Origin: a virus
Lineage: Duplodnaviria > Caudoviricetes
Direction: 5' to 3' (one strand)
IMG/VR virus record: IMGVR_UViG_3300012346_000266
Location: 1 to 35,993 of that record
DNA length: 35,993 nt
Part shown: positions 9,104-17,474 of the stretch, piece by piece
Layout of the letters: every line of letters begins with the position of its first letter
How positions within the stretch are numbered: position 1 is the stretch's first letter
Translations under genes and position numbers: made by a program
The notes under the pieces: generated by a model
Database searches by the model: none
The model's input: only the letters and a program-made list of their open reading frames with translations
Told to the model about the DNA's origin: nothing

Positions 9104-9512
9104 TTTTACTTTCCTTTCGATAAGCTAACTCTTGTTTAAACAACTTCTCTACGTAACTACCTTTGAGTTGCGTTTGAGTCTCAAGTATAGCATGAATATG
9201 ATCTGTATCCATAGCATAGAGAAAAATATAAATACCATGTGGAATATGTTCACCATTCTTACCATAGCTTTTCCAAACGAAAGCTTGACGAATTATTTCA
9301 AATGAATCACTTAAGTAAACAGTGCAATCTGTAGCAGGTGTTGTATTTAAGCTACGGCGCAAGTATTCGTTGCCACCATCTACAATGTAAATTTCACCAG
9401 ATTCTGTATCAAGATGGTCTTTGTAGTCATGTCTGTGATAACTACGCAGGTAAGTACCATCGGGTGTAAGTATTGCGTTACTTATAATTTGCTCAGTAGT
9501 CATCTTCGTCAC
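9096..9512 (-). CDS. Conserved hypothetical phage protein
   Basis: LRSYHRHDY...VDGGNEYLRR motif seen in many phage proteins. Confidence 0.75.
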   Translation of the reverse strand: MTKMTTEQIISNAILTPDGTYLRSYHRHDYKDHLDTESGEIYIVDGGNEYLRRSLNTTPATDCTVYLSDSFEIIRQAFVWKSYGKNGEHIPHGIYIFLYAMDTDHIHAILETQTQLKGSYVEKLFKQELAYRKESKNV

Positions 9513-9666
9513 TCCATGTGTCTACAATTTCAGGATCGTGTGCTGTTGGATCAAAGAATTGTAATGCATATTTGATAGCTTCAGCTTCATTGCACACATC
9601 ATCAATTACTAGTGTTTCTTCAACTTTAATAGTTACAAAATATCTCATTATATCTCCAAATGATAA

Positions 9667-9688
9667 AAGGAGAGCCGAAGCCCTCCTT
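9667..9688 (-). terminator. Rho-independent terminator after the SPFH gene
   Basis: AAGGAGGGCTTCGGCTCTCCTT hairpin with a UUCG loop and T tract on minus strand. Confidence 0.65.
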
Positions 9689-9691
9689 GTG

Positions 9692-10489
9692 TTACTTAAC
9701 GTTAATCATTCCTTTGAAATCCATTGGTACAACAATCGTATTAACACGACCTGCTGCAATACCTTCAGCGATTTTCATTTGTGCCTGAGCTTGCATATAA
9801 GCAATGGATTGACCAGAGTTAGAACTTAGTGCAGCCATGCGCTCGGATTCTTTCTTAGCGATATCAACTTCAGTTTGCTTAATCTTTAGTTCATTTTGAG
9901 CACGAACATAGTTGGTAGCAGACTGCAAAATTTCAGCATTGGGTAGAATGTTACGCACTTGCACAACAGTCAATGATACTGCATTATCCAGCTTTTCAGC
10001 TTTAAGTTGCTCATGTACTGTATCACGAATTTGCTCTTCAATTTTAGCACGATTATCTGCAACTTCAAGTGACTTATAACCACGTACAACTTTATAAGCT
10101 GCGTTGTTAACAAGAGTACTCATGTACGAATGCATCAGATAAATATCACCTTTGTGTTCAGAATGAAAGCTACGACTCTTAGTTGAATACAACTCAGCAA
10201 CTGAAGTAGGATTCAAACCATAGACAACTGTAATATCAAAATCTGCAAGCGCACTATTGTCTGCAGTCATTGGTGTTTTATTATCTAGTGTAACTGAGAT
10301 ATCTTTTGTAGGAAATGTAAGCACAGAACCAACCATTGTCTGATTCCATGAACCGGGAGGTAGCTCAGAACCTTCGATTTGCTTTGATGCGTTAACACGT
10401 ACACCAACTTCACCAGTCTCAATGCGAGTGCAACCTACAGAAGCCAAAGCAACTGCAACAGCAAGAATAACACCTTTAATAAATTTCAT
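9692..10489 (-). CDS. SPFH/Band 7 (prohibitin-like) protein, probable lipoprotein
   Basis: Signal with lipobox-like ASVGC, then TRIETGEVGVR, an SPFH domain and coiled coil; start MKFIK after AAGGAG. Confidence 0.88.
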   Translation of the reverse strand: MKFIKGVILAVAVALASVGCTRIETGEVGVRVNASKQIEGSELPPGSWNQTMVGSVLTFPTKDISVTLDNKTPMTADNSALADFDITVVYGLNPTSVAELYSTKSRSFHSEHKGDIYLMHSYMSTLVNNAAYKVVRGYKSLEVADNRAKIEEQIRDTVHEQLKAEKLDNAVSLTVVQVRNILPNAEILQSATNYVRAQNELKIKQTEVDIAKKESERMAALSSNSGQSIAYMQAQAQMKIAEGIAAGRVNTIVVPMDFKGMINVK

Positions 10490-10503
10490 AAATACTCCTT
10501 TGA

Positions 10504-10680
10504 TTAAAACAAAATAACAATGCCAGCCAGAATTGACACAGCAATGAATCCGAAGAACAGCAAGTATAGCACAGTTTTCACTGCTTTCCACTTCGCAGAT
10601 GCATCTGACTCTTTAAAAAAGAAAAATACCCCTGCTACGATTAGCGTTACTAATGCCAGCACAAAAATTAGTTTGAACAT
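10504..10680 (-). CDS. Small two-TM membrane protein upstream of SPFH
   Basis: MFKLIFVLALVTLIVAGVFFFF...LFFGFIAVSILAGIVILF*. Confidence 0.6.
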   Translation of the reverse strand: MFKLIFVLALVTLIVAGVFFFFKESDASAKWKAVKTVLYLLFFGFIAVSILAGIVILF

Positions 10681-10865
10681 TTATTAGACTCCTTATATTC
10701 AGCATCCCAACGAATTACGCATTCGATACAAGCCCATTCACCACCTTCTTCCGGTGTCGGATAGTTCTCTTGCGTGAAAGCTTTACGGCAGAAATCACAA
10801 CACTCTGGAATACCACCACGCAATTGTGCAATTAAATTAATCACGAATTTTTCTCCTTTAACCAA
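10668..10865 (-). CDS. Hypothetical Zn-finger protein
   Basis: CDFC...WACIEC. Confidence 0.6.
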   Translation of the reverse strand: MVKGEKFVINLIAQLRGGIPECCDFCRKAFTQENYPTPEEGGEWACIECVIRWDAEYKESNKCSN

Positions 10866-11074
10866 CTTTCAACAAGTTCTGCCAACATAACATCGGATTT
10901 TCCACCTTGAATTTCAAGTGACAGTTTTTGTTCGTCTGTCAAACCAACCCATTGCTTTGCTTCCAACCGAGTGTTACGAGCACGTAACAAACGATTCTCT
11001 TGCTCTAGTTCATCAATTTCATTTTCATTTTGCATACGTTCTTCTACTGTACTCACATATCCCTCCATTTCCAT
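10841..11074 (-). CDS. Hypothetical protein
   Basis: Coiled coil plus the common phage WVGLTDE...LKEKN module. Confidence 0.65.
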   Translation of the reverse strand: MEMEGYVSTVEERMQNENEIDELEQENRLLRARNTRLEAKQWVGLTDEQKLSLEIQGGKSDVMLAELVESWLKEKNS

Positions 11075-11250
11075 CCAAAAGTTTCTTCTGTGTTTTTAAT
11101 CTGTTGTTCAGTTGGTTTTGTAAACACTGCAAACAATGTACAAGGTCCAGCACCTCTTGGATTGTTGGGTGGATCAATTACCCATGCACCTACAGGTTGA
11201 GGTGGAGTATACATCTTAAAAGTATCAGTCGGAACAGTACAATCTTTCAC
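11053..11250 (-). CDS. Hypothetical protein
   Basis: KP......FGWKW motif; GGAG SD. Confidence 0.6.
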   Translation of the reverse strand: MKDCTVPTDTFKMYTPPQPVGAWVIDPPNNPRGAGPCTLFAVFTKPTEQQIKNTEETFGWKWRDM

Positions 11251-11416
11251 AACTTCTCCATTTTAATGTTACGAAGGGAAGGACTCTTACGCATTTGCAT
11301 CAGATGCCAGCTTGCACTTTTATCATCACAAGCGTAAGAACGATTTGAGATTGTACCATCGTTTTTAACTTCTTGCCATGTCAACCGAATATTTTTAATG
11401 TCTTTTGCTTTTAGCT

Positions 11417-11731
11417 TCATGATCCCATTCCTTCAGATGCAATTGGTTTGTACACTGTATTACGAGTGATGATTGTACCATCAAAAAGAACTTTTCTAAC
11501 AACTGATGTTCTTACATCAAAGCAGTTACCTAGTGCTGGATGAGCGATCACATACTGTAGATGTGCTACAGGTTGCTTAGGATCACCATTCCAGTTAGAA
11601 AACTGCGGTACACCTATATAGTATACTACTGGTTTTTCTTGCTCCTTCTCTACGTAAGCAACTTTTGGAATGCACCCATGTTGCATACAGTGCTGTACTG
11701 TTTCGCATTCATCGCAAATAACTCTATTCAT
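11417..11731 (-). CDS. Hypothetical protein
   Basis: AAGGAG SD; HPALG..DVRTS...TRNTVY motif. Confidence 0.7.
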   Translation of the reverse strand: MNRVICDECETVQHCMQHGCIPKVAYVEKEQEKPVVYYIGVPQFSNWNGDPKQPVAHLQYVIAHPALGNCFDVRTSVVRKVLFDGTIITRNTVYKPIASEGMGS

Positions 11732-11782
11732 AAAATACTCCTTTGTTGATTTCTTACACTCATACCTGCATTGTACTACAGA

Positions 11783-11868
11783 TTAACCTAAGATCAACCT
11801 GAGTTCAACCTTGAGACTAACCCTTCGACTTAACCTTCGCTAACCCCCGTAACCCCCTTGATGACCTG
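11783..11868. repeat. Phased AACC/GGTT short-repeat array
   Basis: AACC at 11785, 11796, 11807, 11819, 11832, 11842 and 11851. Confidence 0.55.
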
Positions 11869-11869
11869 A

Positions 11870-11898
11870 ATTGTACCAACATCTGCAAGTCTTGTCAA
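11870..11898 (-). promoter_or_regulatory. sigma70 promoter for the leftward operon
   Basis: TTGACA-N17-TACAAT on minus strand. Confidence 0.75.
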
Positions 11899-11993
11899 TA
11901 CCCTAATGCAAAAATAATTTTAAAATATTTGTTGTGTTGTGCGAAAAGTTGTGCTACAGTAGAGCCTTCAATCAACAACCGAAAGGAACTGAA

Positions 11994-12419
11994 ATGCTAC
12001 TCAAGAATGAATTCTCACACATGATCAACCACCTTGGTCTAGAAGACGGTGAACTAGCTTTGGCTGAAATCGTATGGGAGAAAGCCGAACGAGCAATGCA
12101 AGGCAAACCAGTACAGGAAGCTGCACTTCTTAAAGAGCCGTATGTATTTGCAGCAACAAAACGATCAACTAATGAGTTTACACGAGAAGAAGCTCAATTT
12201 ATGACTGATCTCACACGAGACTTTCTTCGCACTGCACAATCGAACATGCGAGTTCTTCGTAGTGACATTCAAAGTGTTTGGCTACTGTGTGATCCAGATG
12301 ACGAACGAACAGATCATTATTTCAATGAACTAAACGCTTTGCGTAGTTATCAACGTAAAATTAATAGTTCACTACGCAAACTTGAAAGCATTCAACATAA
12401 ACTGAAGAAACAACGCTGA
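11994..12419 (+). CDS. Hypothetical protein
   Basis: Start MLLKNEF after AAAGGA; extended -10 upstream. Confidence 0.7.
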   Translation: MLLKNEFSHMINHLGLEDGELALAEIVWEKAERAMQGKPVQEAALLKEPYVFAATKRSTNEFTREEAQFMTDLTRDFLRTAQSNMRVLRSDIQSVWLLCDPDDERTDHYFNELNALRSYQRKINSSLRKLESIQHKLKKQR

Positions 12420-12766
12420 TGAAACTACGGAAACGCTACACTATTGTTGCTACGTGCTTTGATCGTAAAGGTCGAGTACTTGGTTCTGGTACAAACAATT
12501 ACAACAAGTCACATCCATTGATGCAGCACTTTGCTGTAAAAGCTGGAGAATCTAACGACAAGATTTATGTACATGCAGAACTAGCTGCTGTGCTACAATC
12601 TGGACGTAAAGATATCCATAGTATCTTAGTGCAGCGTTTCCATGAAAATGGTGATATGGCAGTTGCTAAACCATGTCCAACTTGTCAAGCTATGCTCAAA
12701 GGTTTTGGTGTTAAGCTTGTTCGTTATACATCTGAAGAAGGAATCAAGGAATATGAAATTTTATAA
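12419..12766 (+). CDS. Cytidine-deaminase-superfamily protein (substrate unknown)
   Basis: HAE...KPCPTC zinc motif. Confidence 0.85.
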   Translation: MKLRKRYTIVATCFDRKGRVLGSGTNNYNKSHPLMQHFAVKAGESNDKIYVHAELAAVLQSGRKDIHSILVQRFHENGDMAVAKPCPTCQAMLKGFGVKLVRYTSEEGIKEYEIL

Positions 12767-13004
12767 TCCGTTTAAACCGCACATTGTGCAATTTTTTAAT
12801 GGTAAATATGCTGTGCGCAGGTGGAGTGTACTAGGTTGGGTATACAAAGAACATACTCATACTACATATGGCAATGACAATATTTACTGGTGGAATGCTA
12901 TGGAGTATGTCAAAAAGTGGTGCATGGTAGATACACTTGAAGAAGCAAAAGCTTTACGTGACAAACGCAAACCTAAAGTAAAAACGAAAGTAATTCATGG
13001 CTAA
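12753..13004 (+). CDS. Hypothetical protein
   Basis: Start MKFYNPF after AAGGA. Confidence 0.65.
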   Translation: MKFYNPFKPHIVQFFNGKYAVRRWSVLGWVYKEHTHTTYGNDNIYWWNAMEYVKKWCMVDTLEEAKALRDKRKPKVKTKVIHG

Positions 13005-13449
13005 TCAAAAAGACCTTGATGAAACCTATATGGGTACTGCTATCCTTCACAGCAAGCTTTCTAAGGCCCGTAGAGCGCAGGTAGGAGCTATCTTAGTTAC
13101 CAAGCAGGGTGTTACCCTTACTGGCTACAATGGGACTGCTGTAGGTCGTCCTAATGATTGTGAAACTGTTGTAAAAACTAGCCTACCTTACCTTTTTGAA
13201 GATATGCTGGTTACAAAAGCAGAAGTAATTCATGCAGAACTTAACTGCATTATGAAAGCTGCTCGTGAAGGTGTAAGTTGTGTAGACGCTACAGTTTATG
13301 TTACACTAGCACCTTGTGTACAGTGCGCTGCTATGATGCTACAAGCTGGTGTTAAGCGTGTGGTATACATGCAACAGTACAGAGATGATTCTGGTGTTAA
13401 ACTGCTGCAGGAATCAAATGTAGTGGTACAATTGTATGATCAACTTTAA
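12997..13449 (+). CDS. dCMP deaminase
   Basis: YM..A....S...R.QVGA, TGYNG, HAELN, YVTLAPCVQCA. Confidence 0.92.
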   Translation: MANQKDLDETYMGTAILHSKLSKARRAQVGAILVTKQGVTLTGYNGTAVGRPNDCETVVKTSLPYLFEDMLVTKAEVIHAELNCIMKAAREGVSCVDATVYVTLAPCVQCAAMMLQAGVKRVVYMQQYRDDSGVKLLQESNVVVQLYDQL

Positions 13450-13458
13450 GGAACACAA

Positions 13459-13743
13459 ATGAAAACATATAATGCAGCAGTAGTTGTAGAATCAGAAGTA
13501 ACGATTCGTATTAATCCGAATGTAGATACTGATGAATTAATCAAAGAGTTTAGCGAATGTATCTTTGGTGTAGATAGTATTGAAGAACTTGTAGAGTTTG
13601 CATCTGCTCAGATTACCAGAGGTGAACCATCGTTTATCGAAGGTATTGGTTCTGTAGAGTACGATTTCGGTCAAGAATGGAAAGATCATGTGATAATGCA
13701 GTATACCATGTGGACTGATGTATCTACAAAGATTGTAGACTAA
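13459..13743 (+). CDS. Hypothetical protein
   Basis: ORF track; AAGGA SD. Confidence 0.7.
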   Translation: MKTYNAAVVVESEVTIRINPNVDTDELIKEFSECIFGVDSIEELVEFASAQITRGEPSFIEGIGSVEYDFGQEWKDHVIMQYTMWTDVSTKIVD

Positions 13744-13955
13744 TGCTACGCTGGTCTGGTACAATTTTTTACATGATCAGCATGATCTTAACAACATTTA
13801 ACATATTTCCATTAAATCTAGTGTTTGGTTTTATTGGTGGATTTTTATGGTGTTTAGTCGGTTGGTTAAACTACGATGACAAGGCATTAGTAATTGTGGA
13901 GGCAGCGTCTGCATTTATTTACTTATCTGGTATAATTATGTGGGCTATTAAATAA
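13743..13955 (+). CDS. Small membrane protein
   Basis: Three hydrophobic stretches. Confidence 0.7.
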   Translation: MLRWSGTIFYMISMILTTFNIFPLNLVFGFIGGFLWCLVGWLNYDDKALVIVEAASAFIYLSGIIMWAIK

Positions 13956-13958
13956 CAC

Positions 13959-14061
13959 TTGATTTCCTAAATAATATCTGTTATAATTATAAAGCAATAG
14001 TTAAAGAAGTCATGAGCTTTAACGACAAGAGCAGCTTTCCGTGGCTGCTTTTTGCTTTATA
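13959..14061 (+). promoter_or_regulatory. Promoter and structured leader upstream of HNH gene
   Basis: TTGATT-N17-TATAAT (13959-13987); stems GTTAAAG/CTTTAAC, AAGAGCAGC/GCTGCTTTT and AAAGCA/TGCTTT. Confidence 0.55.
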
Positions 14062-14089
14062 GTCACGGGTATTTATCGGAGAATATAGT

Positions 14090-14620
14090 ATGAAAACATG
14101 CAGTAAATGTAAAGAAGAAAAGTTGTTTAGTGAGTTTAGTAAAAACAAAACACGCAAAGATGGTTACAACCACATTTGTAAACTCTGTGTAATAGAATAT
14201 AAACAGAAAAATAAAGCTAGAATTGCTCTTTATGTTAAAGAACATTACGTGACAAACAAGGAAAAAATTTTAGCATACCAAGAAGAATACGCTAAGTTAA
14301 ATAAAGTTAAAATTGCAATTCGTAAAAAGAAATCCAATAAAAAATATCGCGAACTTAATAAATGTAAAATTGCTGCACTCATGGCAAAAAGAAGAGCATC
14401 TAAACTCAATGCTACGCCGAATTGGTTAACAAAAGAGCAAATGGACGAAATTACGGAAATGTATGAAATAGCTCGTGCTTTTCGACTATACACAGGATCG
14501 GAATATCATGTAGATCACATCGTACCCTTGCAAGGTAAAAATGTTTCTGGTTTACATGTACCTTGGAACCTGCAAATTCTTGAAGCGTCAGAAAATCGTA
14601 TTAAAAGCAATAAGCACTAA
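14090..14620 (+). CDS. Free-standing HNH homing endonuclease (paralog of 3517-4044)
   Basis: KTCSKC...ICKLC; VDHIVPLQGKNVSGLHVPWNL. Confidence 0.9.
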   Translation: MKTCSKCKEEKLFSEFSKNKTRKDGYNHICKLCVIEYKQKNKARIALYVKEHYVTNKEKILAYQEEYAKLNKVKIAIRKKKSNKKYRELNKCKIAALMAKRRASKLNATPNWLTKEQMDEITEMYEIARAFRLYTGSEYHVDHIVPLQGKNVSGLHVPWNLQILEASENRIKSNKH

Positions 14621-14629
14621 GTGATACAA

Positions 14630-14661
14630 ACCCTAGGTTAACTCCTAGGGTATTTTTTTTT
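14630..14661 (+). terminator. Rho-independent terminator
   Basis: ACCCTAGG-TTAACT-CCTAGGGT then a T run; related hairpin at 20814-20840. Confidence 0.75.
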
Positions 14662-14731
14662 ATCTGTACTTGTTGTAATGTCTAAAAGTTGTGCTATACT
14701 CTAGGCTTCACAACAAACTTGGAGGTGAAGA

Positions 14732-14959
14732 ATGAACGAAAGAATTAAAGAACTTGCTTTACAGGCCGGGCATCCGGGTTTTCCACAAGGTGAAATTGAA
14801 CTCCAAAAGTTTGCCGAGCTACTAATTGAACAGTGCGTAACTTGTGTAAGATACACGGATAAAGATCACATCTTTACTGCACAGGATGCTGGTGTCGTTG
14901 GTGCTGCACATGATCGTGCAATGAAAGCTATTCGTAAACATTTTGGAGTTGAAGAATGA
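14732..14959 (+). CDS. MNERIKELA-family hypothetical protein
   Basis: MNERIKELA...KFAELLIEQC...HFGVEE*. Confidence 0.75.
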   Translation: MNERIKELALQAGHPGFPQGEIELQKFAELLIEQCVTCVRYTDKDHIFTAQDAGVVGAAHDRAMKAIRKHFGVEE

Positions 14960-15117
14960 AAAATATTGAAATTGAACTATACTGCGATGGTTGGACAGTA
15001 AAGGTAAACGATGAACAATTCCATTGGGATCACAATCATGAGGACATGGGAACCGAAGGTATCAAACAACTTCTGGAATATCTCGGTTACAATGTTACAG
15101 TTGAGGAGTGTTATTAA
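14956..15117 (+). CDS. Hypothetical protein (53 aa)
   Basis: ATGA-coupled; MKNIEIELYCDGW... Confidence 0.55.
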   Translation: MKNIEIELYCDGWTVKVNDEQFHWDHNHEDMGTEGIKQLLEYLGYNVTVEECY

Positions 15118-15254
15118 TGCACGAACTATTCATCGCACTCGTCACGCTTATTATTTTGGCATTCATTGCTGGTTTATTTTTTCTTTTTGATAATGAAATA
15201 CTTCATGGGTATTTTGCCAAGAAGATTCGTAAATATTTCGGAGTTGAAGAATGA
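15117..15254 (+). CDS. Small membrane protein ending in FGVEE
   Basis: MHELFIALVTLIILAFIAGLFF...IRKYFGVEE*. Confidence 0.55.
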   Translation: MHELFIALVTLIILAFIAGLFFLFDNEILHGYFAKKIRKYFGVEE

Positions 15255-15499
15255 ACGAACGAATTAAAGAACTTAAACAACAGGCTGGGGATTTTGCGAC
15301 CGAGACTTATTCCAAATACACTATGGTAACATTCGATACCAATAAAAGTATCGAAACACTATTTGAGGATAAGTTCGCAGAGTTGATTGTCAAAGAATGC
15401 GCCAAGATTGCATGGTACAATACACCTGATACAGAGGAGCTTGAATACAGTCATCTAATTAAAGACAAGATTTTAAACCATTTTGGAGTTGAAGAATGA
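15251..15499 (+). CDS. MNERIKEL-family hypothetical protein
   Basis: MNERIKEL...KFAELIVKEC...HFGVEE*. Confidence 0.75.
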   Translation: MNERIKELKQQAGDFATETYSKYTMVTFDTNKSIETLFEDKFAELIVKECAKIAWYNTPDTEELEYSHLIKDKILNHFGVEE

Positions 15500-15672
15500 C
15501 AGCAATTGAAGCATTACACATTGTTCTTGAACGAGCGCAGTATCTACGTAGTGAAGGTGAATCAGACATGCGAAGTATCATTTACTTAGCTAGTGCTTTA
15601 ATTCGTGATATTGAAGCTGGTAAATCAACTGAAGAAATTATGCAAGATTTTAATGAGGATGAAGATGAATAA
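15496..15672 (+). CDS. Hypothetical protein (58 aa)
   Basis: ATGA-coupled; MTAIEALHIVLERA... Confidence 0.55.
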   Translation: MTAIEALHIVLERAQYLRSEGESDMRSIIYLASALIRDIEAGKSTEEIMQDFNEDEDE

Positions 15673-16162
15673 TAACATTAAAGCTGGCGCTGATATCCAT
15701 GCTGGTGCAGGTGGATATAGCGAAGGTACAAAAGAAGGTTATGAAGCGTTTGTAAAATCTCGAAATAAACCTACTTTGTATCTAATCCGTGGTGTACCCG
15801 GTAGTGGTAAGTCTACCTTTGCACAATCTCTACTTGATAAATTTGTAGTGCAACGTGCATATGAAGCTGATGATTATTTCATGCAGGGTGGCGAATATCG
15901 TTTTGATTTTAATCTATTAGAGGACGCACACTACCAATGCAGACGTAATACTTGGCTGGCGCTCTACGAAGGTCTATCAGTTGCTGTATCAAATACATCT
16001 TGTGCAGATTGGGAAGTGGAAACTTATGCTACAATTGCACGAGAGACTGAAGCTAAGTTTGTAAGTATCATTCTTGAAAATCGTCATGATGGTAAAAACA
16101 TTCACGGTTGTCCTGATGCTAAAGTTGAACAGATGAAAAGGAAGTTCCATGTTAAGTTATAA
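15665..16162 (+). CDS. P-loop kinase, polynucleotide-kinase-like (AAA_33/N4BP2-like)
   Basis: LIRGVPGSGKST, EADDYF, VAVSNT, NIHGCP...M. Confidence 0.85.
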   Translation: MNNNIKAGADIHAGAGGYSEGTKEGYEAFVKSRNKPTLYLIRGVPGSGKSTFAQSLLDKFVVQRAYEADDYFMQGGEYRFDFNLLEDAHYQCRRNTWLALYEGLSVAVSNTSCADWEVETYATIARETEAKFVSIILENRHDGKNIHGCPDAKVEQMKRKFHVKL

Positions 16163-17039
16163 TGAACAAATGCACTTAGTAATGCGTGGTCTTGCTACTT
16201 TGAAAAACGATGGTAAATATACTACGTTCAAGTACGCTCGTAAAGCCATGTATGAATATCTCTGGTATCAAGTACCAAACTTATTAGATTGCAGAGGTCA
16301 TGTATACTGCAATACTACAAAAGAACTAGTACAAGCTGCTCCACGTAAAAGCTTCAATTATCTTGAACGTGGCTACTGGAAAGATATTCCTTTGGATACT
16401 CCAGTTGAAATGTACAAAAAGATCAATGGTTTTATGGCGGCAGCTACTATTCATAAGTATCAACTTGTTGTAAGTACTACAGGTACAACCACCAGTGAAT
16501 ATGCAAAGTGGGCTAAAGAATTGATTGAACGTGATCGTAAATTGTACGACATGATTATTACTTCTGATGCTACTACGCTATTTGAAGTTGTAGTACCGCA
16601 AGACCCACACATTGTAAAAGAGCGTGAAGGTTTGCATCTACTAGGTGTGCGTGAGAAAGATACAGGTAATTTTCATCCGATGGGTGCTTCCGTTCGTTGT
16701 ACATTAGAGCAAGCATTGGAAATTGTAAGGTCAGATCGTGGTGAAGGCTTTATGATGTATCCTATGCAATCCAATGGTACTTACGATTACAATAACTGCT
16801 GTAAACTAAAGACTGACTATTATGTTGGTAAAAAGAAGTTGATGCGTATGACACCAAAGAACGTAGAGTTGATGTACAAGGATGTGCATCACTTTAAATC
16901 TGAGTTGTCTAAAATGTGGTACACTGCTGCAAAATGCATCGTGAAAGATTTCAATAAAGATGCTTGGTTAAAATCTACAGATCAAGAACGCAGATTGATT
17001 CTTGATAACTTTAGATGGAATGAACATGCAGGGTCATAA
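16149..17039 (+). CDS. RNA ligase, T4 Rnl1-like
   Basis: DCRG, KSFNY, motif I KINGF, LFEVV..DPHIV, EGF, KLK..YY. Confidence 0.8.
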   Translation: MLSYNEQMHLVMRGLATLKNDGKYTTFKYARKAMYEYLWYQVPNLLDCRGHVYCNTTKELVQAAPRKSFNYLERGYWKDIPLDTPVEMYKKINGFMAAATIHKYQLVVSTTGTTTSEYAKWAKELIERDRKLYDMIITSDATTLFEVVVPQDPHIVKEREGLHLLGVREKDTGNFHPMGASVRCTLEQALEIVRSDRGEGFMMYPMQSNGTYDYNNCCKLKTDYYVGKKKLMRMTPKNVELMYKDVHHFKSELSKMWYTAAKCIVKDFNKDAWLKSTDQERRLILDNFRWNEHAGS

Positions 17040-17220
17040 CTTCAACAGAACGCTACACGCCAAAGGTATGTTTGTATACTGTGGTCGTTGTGGATTGATT
17101 CGTCTTGGTAATCGTGCTACAGAAAAGCAGATTAATAAACCTTGCATTGGTATTCGTGAACTAGAAGACGAAGAGTATCTTAGACTTAAAGGACAAATGA
17201 AAGGTAACAATGCAAGATAA
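17026..17220 (+). CDS. Small Zn-finger protein
   Basis: H...YCGRCG...C. Confidence 0.6.
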   Translation: MQGHNFNRTLHAKGMFVYCGRCGLIRLGNRATEKQINKPCIGIRELEDEEYLRLKGQMKGNNAR

Positions 17221-17473
17221 AATCAAACTATTAGCACAAGAAGCTGGTTTCTGTTTCTTTTCTCCAGAAGAAGATGCCGAAGAACCAATTGATTGGTCCT
17301 GTGATTACGAACAGGAGTTTAAACTATTTGCTGATTTGCTGCAGAAACATACTCGTGAAAAAACAGTAAAGCAAATTGTAAGTTTACTCAAAGAATTGCA
17401 CGAGATTAGTAAAAGCAGACATAATCTGTATTTGTGTACCGCTAACTTAATCGAAGAAGATTTTAAGGAATGA
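17210..17473 (+). CDS. Hypothetical protein (distant MNERIKELA-like)
   Basis: IKLLAQEAGF...IDWSCDY...FADL. Confidence 0.65.
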   Translation: MQDKIKLLAQEAGFCFFSPEEDAEEPIDWSCDYEQEFKLFADLLQKHTREKTVKQIVSLLKELHEISKSRHNLYLCTANLIEEDFKE

Positions 17474-17474
17474 T

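Noticed and set aside
882-11749. Plus-strand ORFs at 882, 2331, 5014, 5660, 7567, 7905, 8533, 9518, 10918 and 11561
   Set aside because: Shadow ORFs antisense to well-supported minus-strand genes
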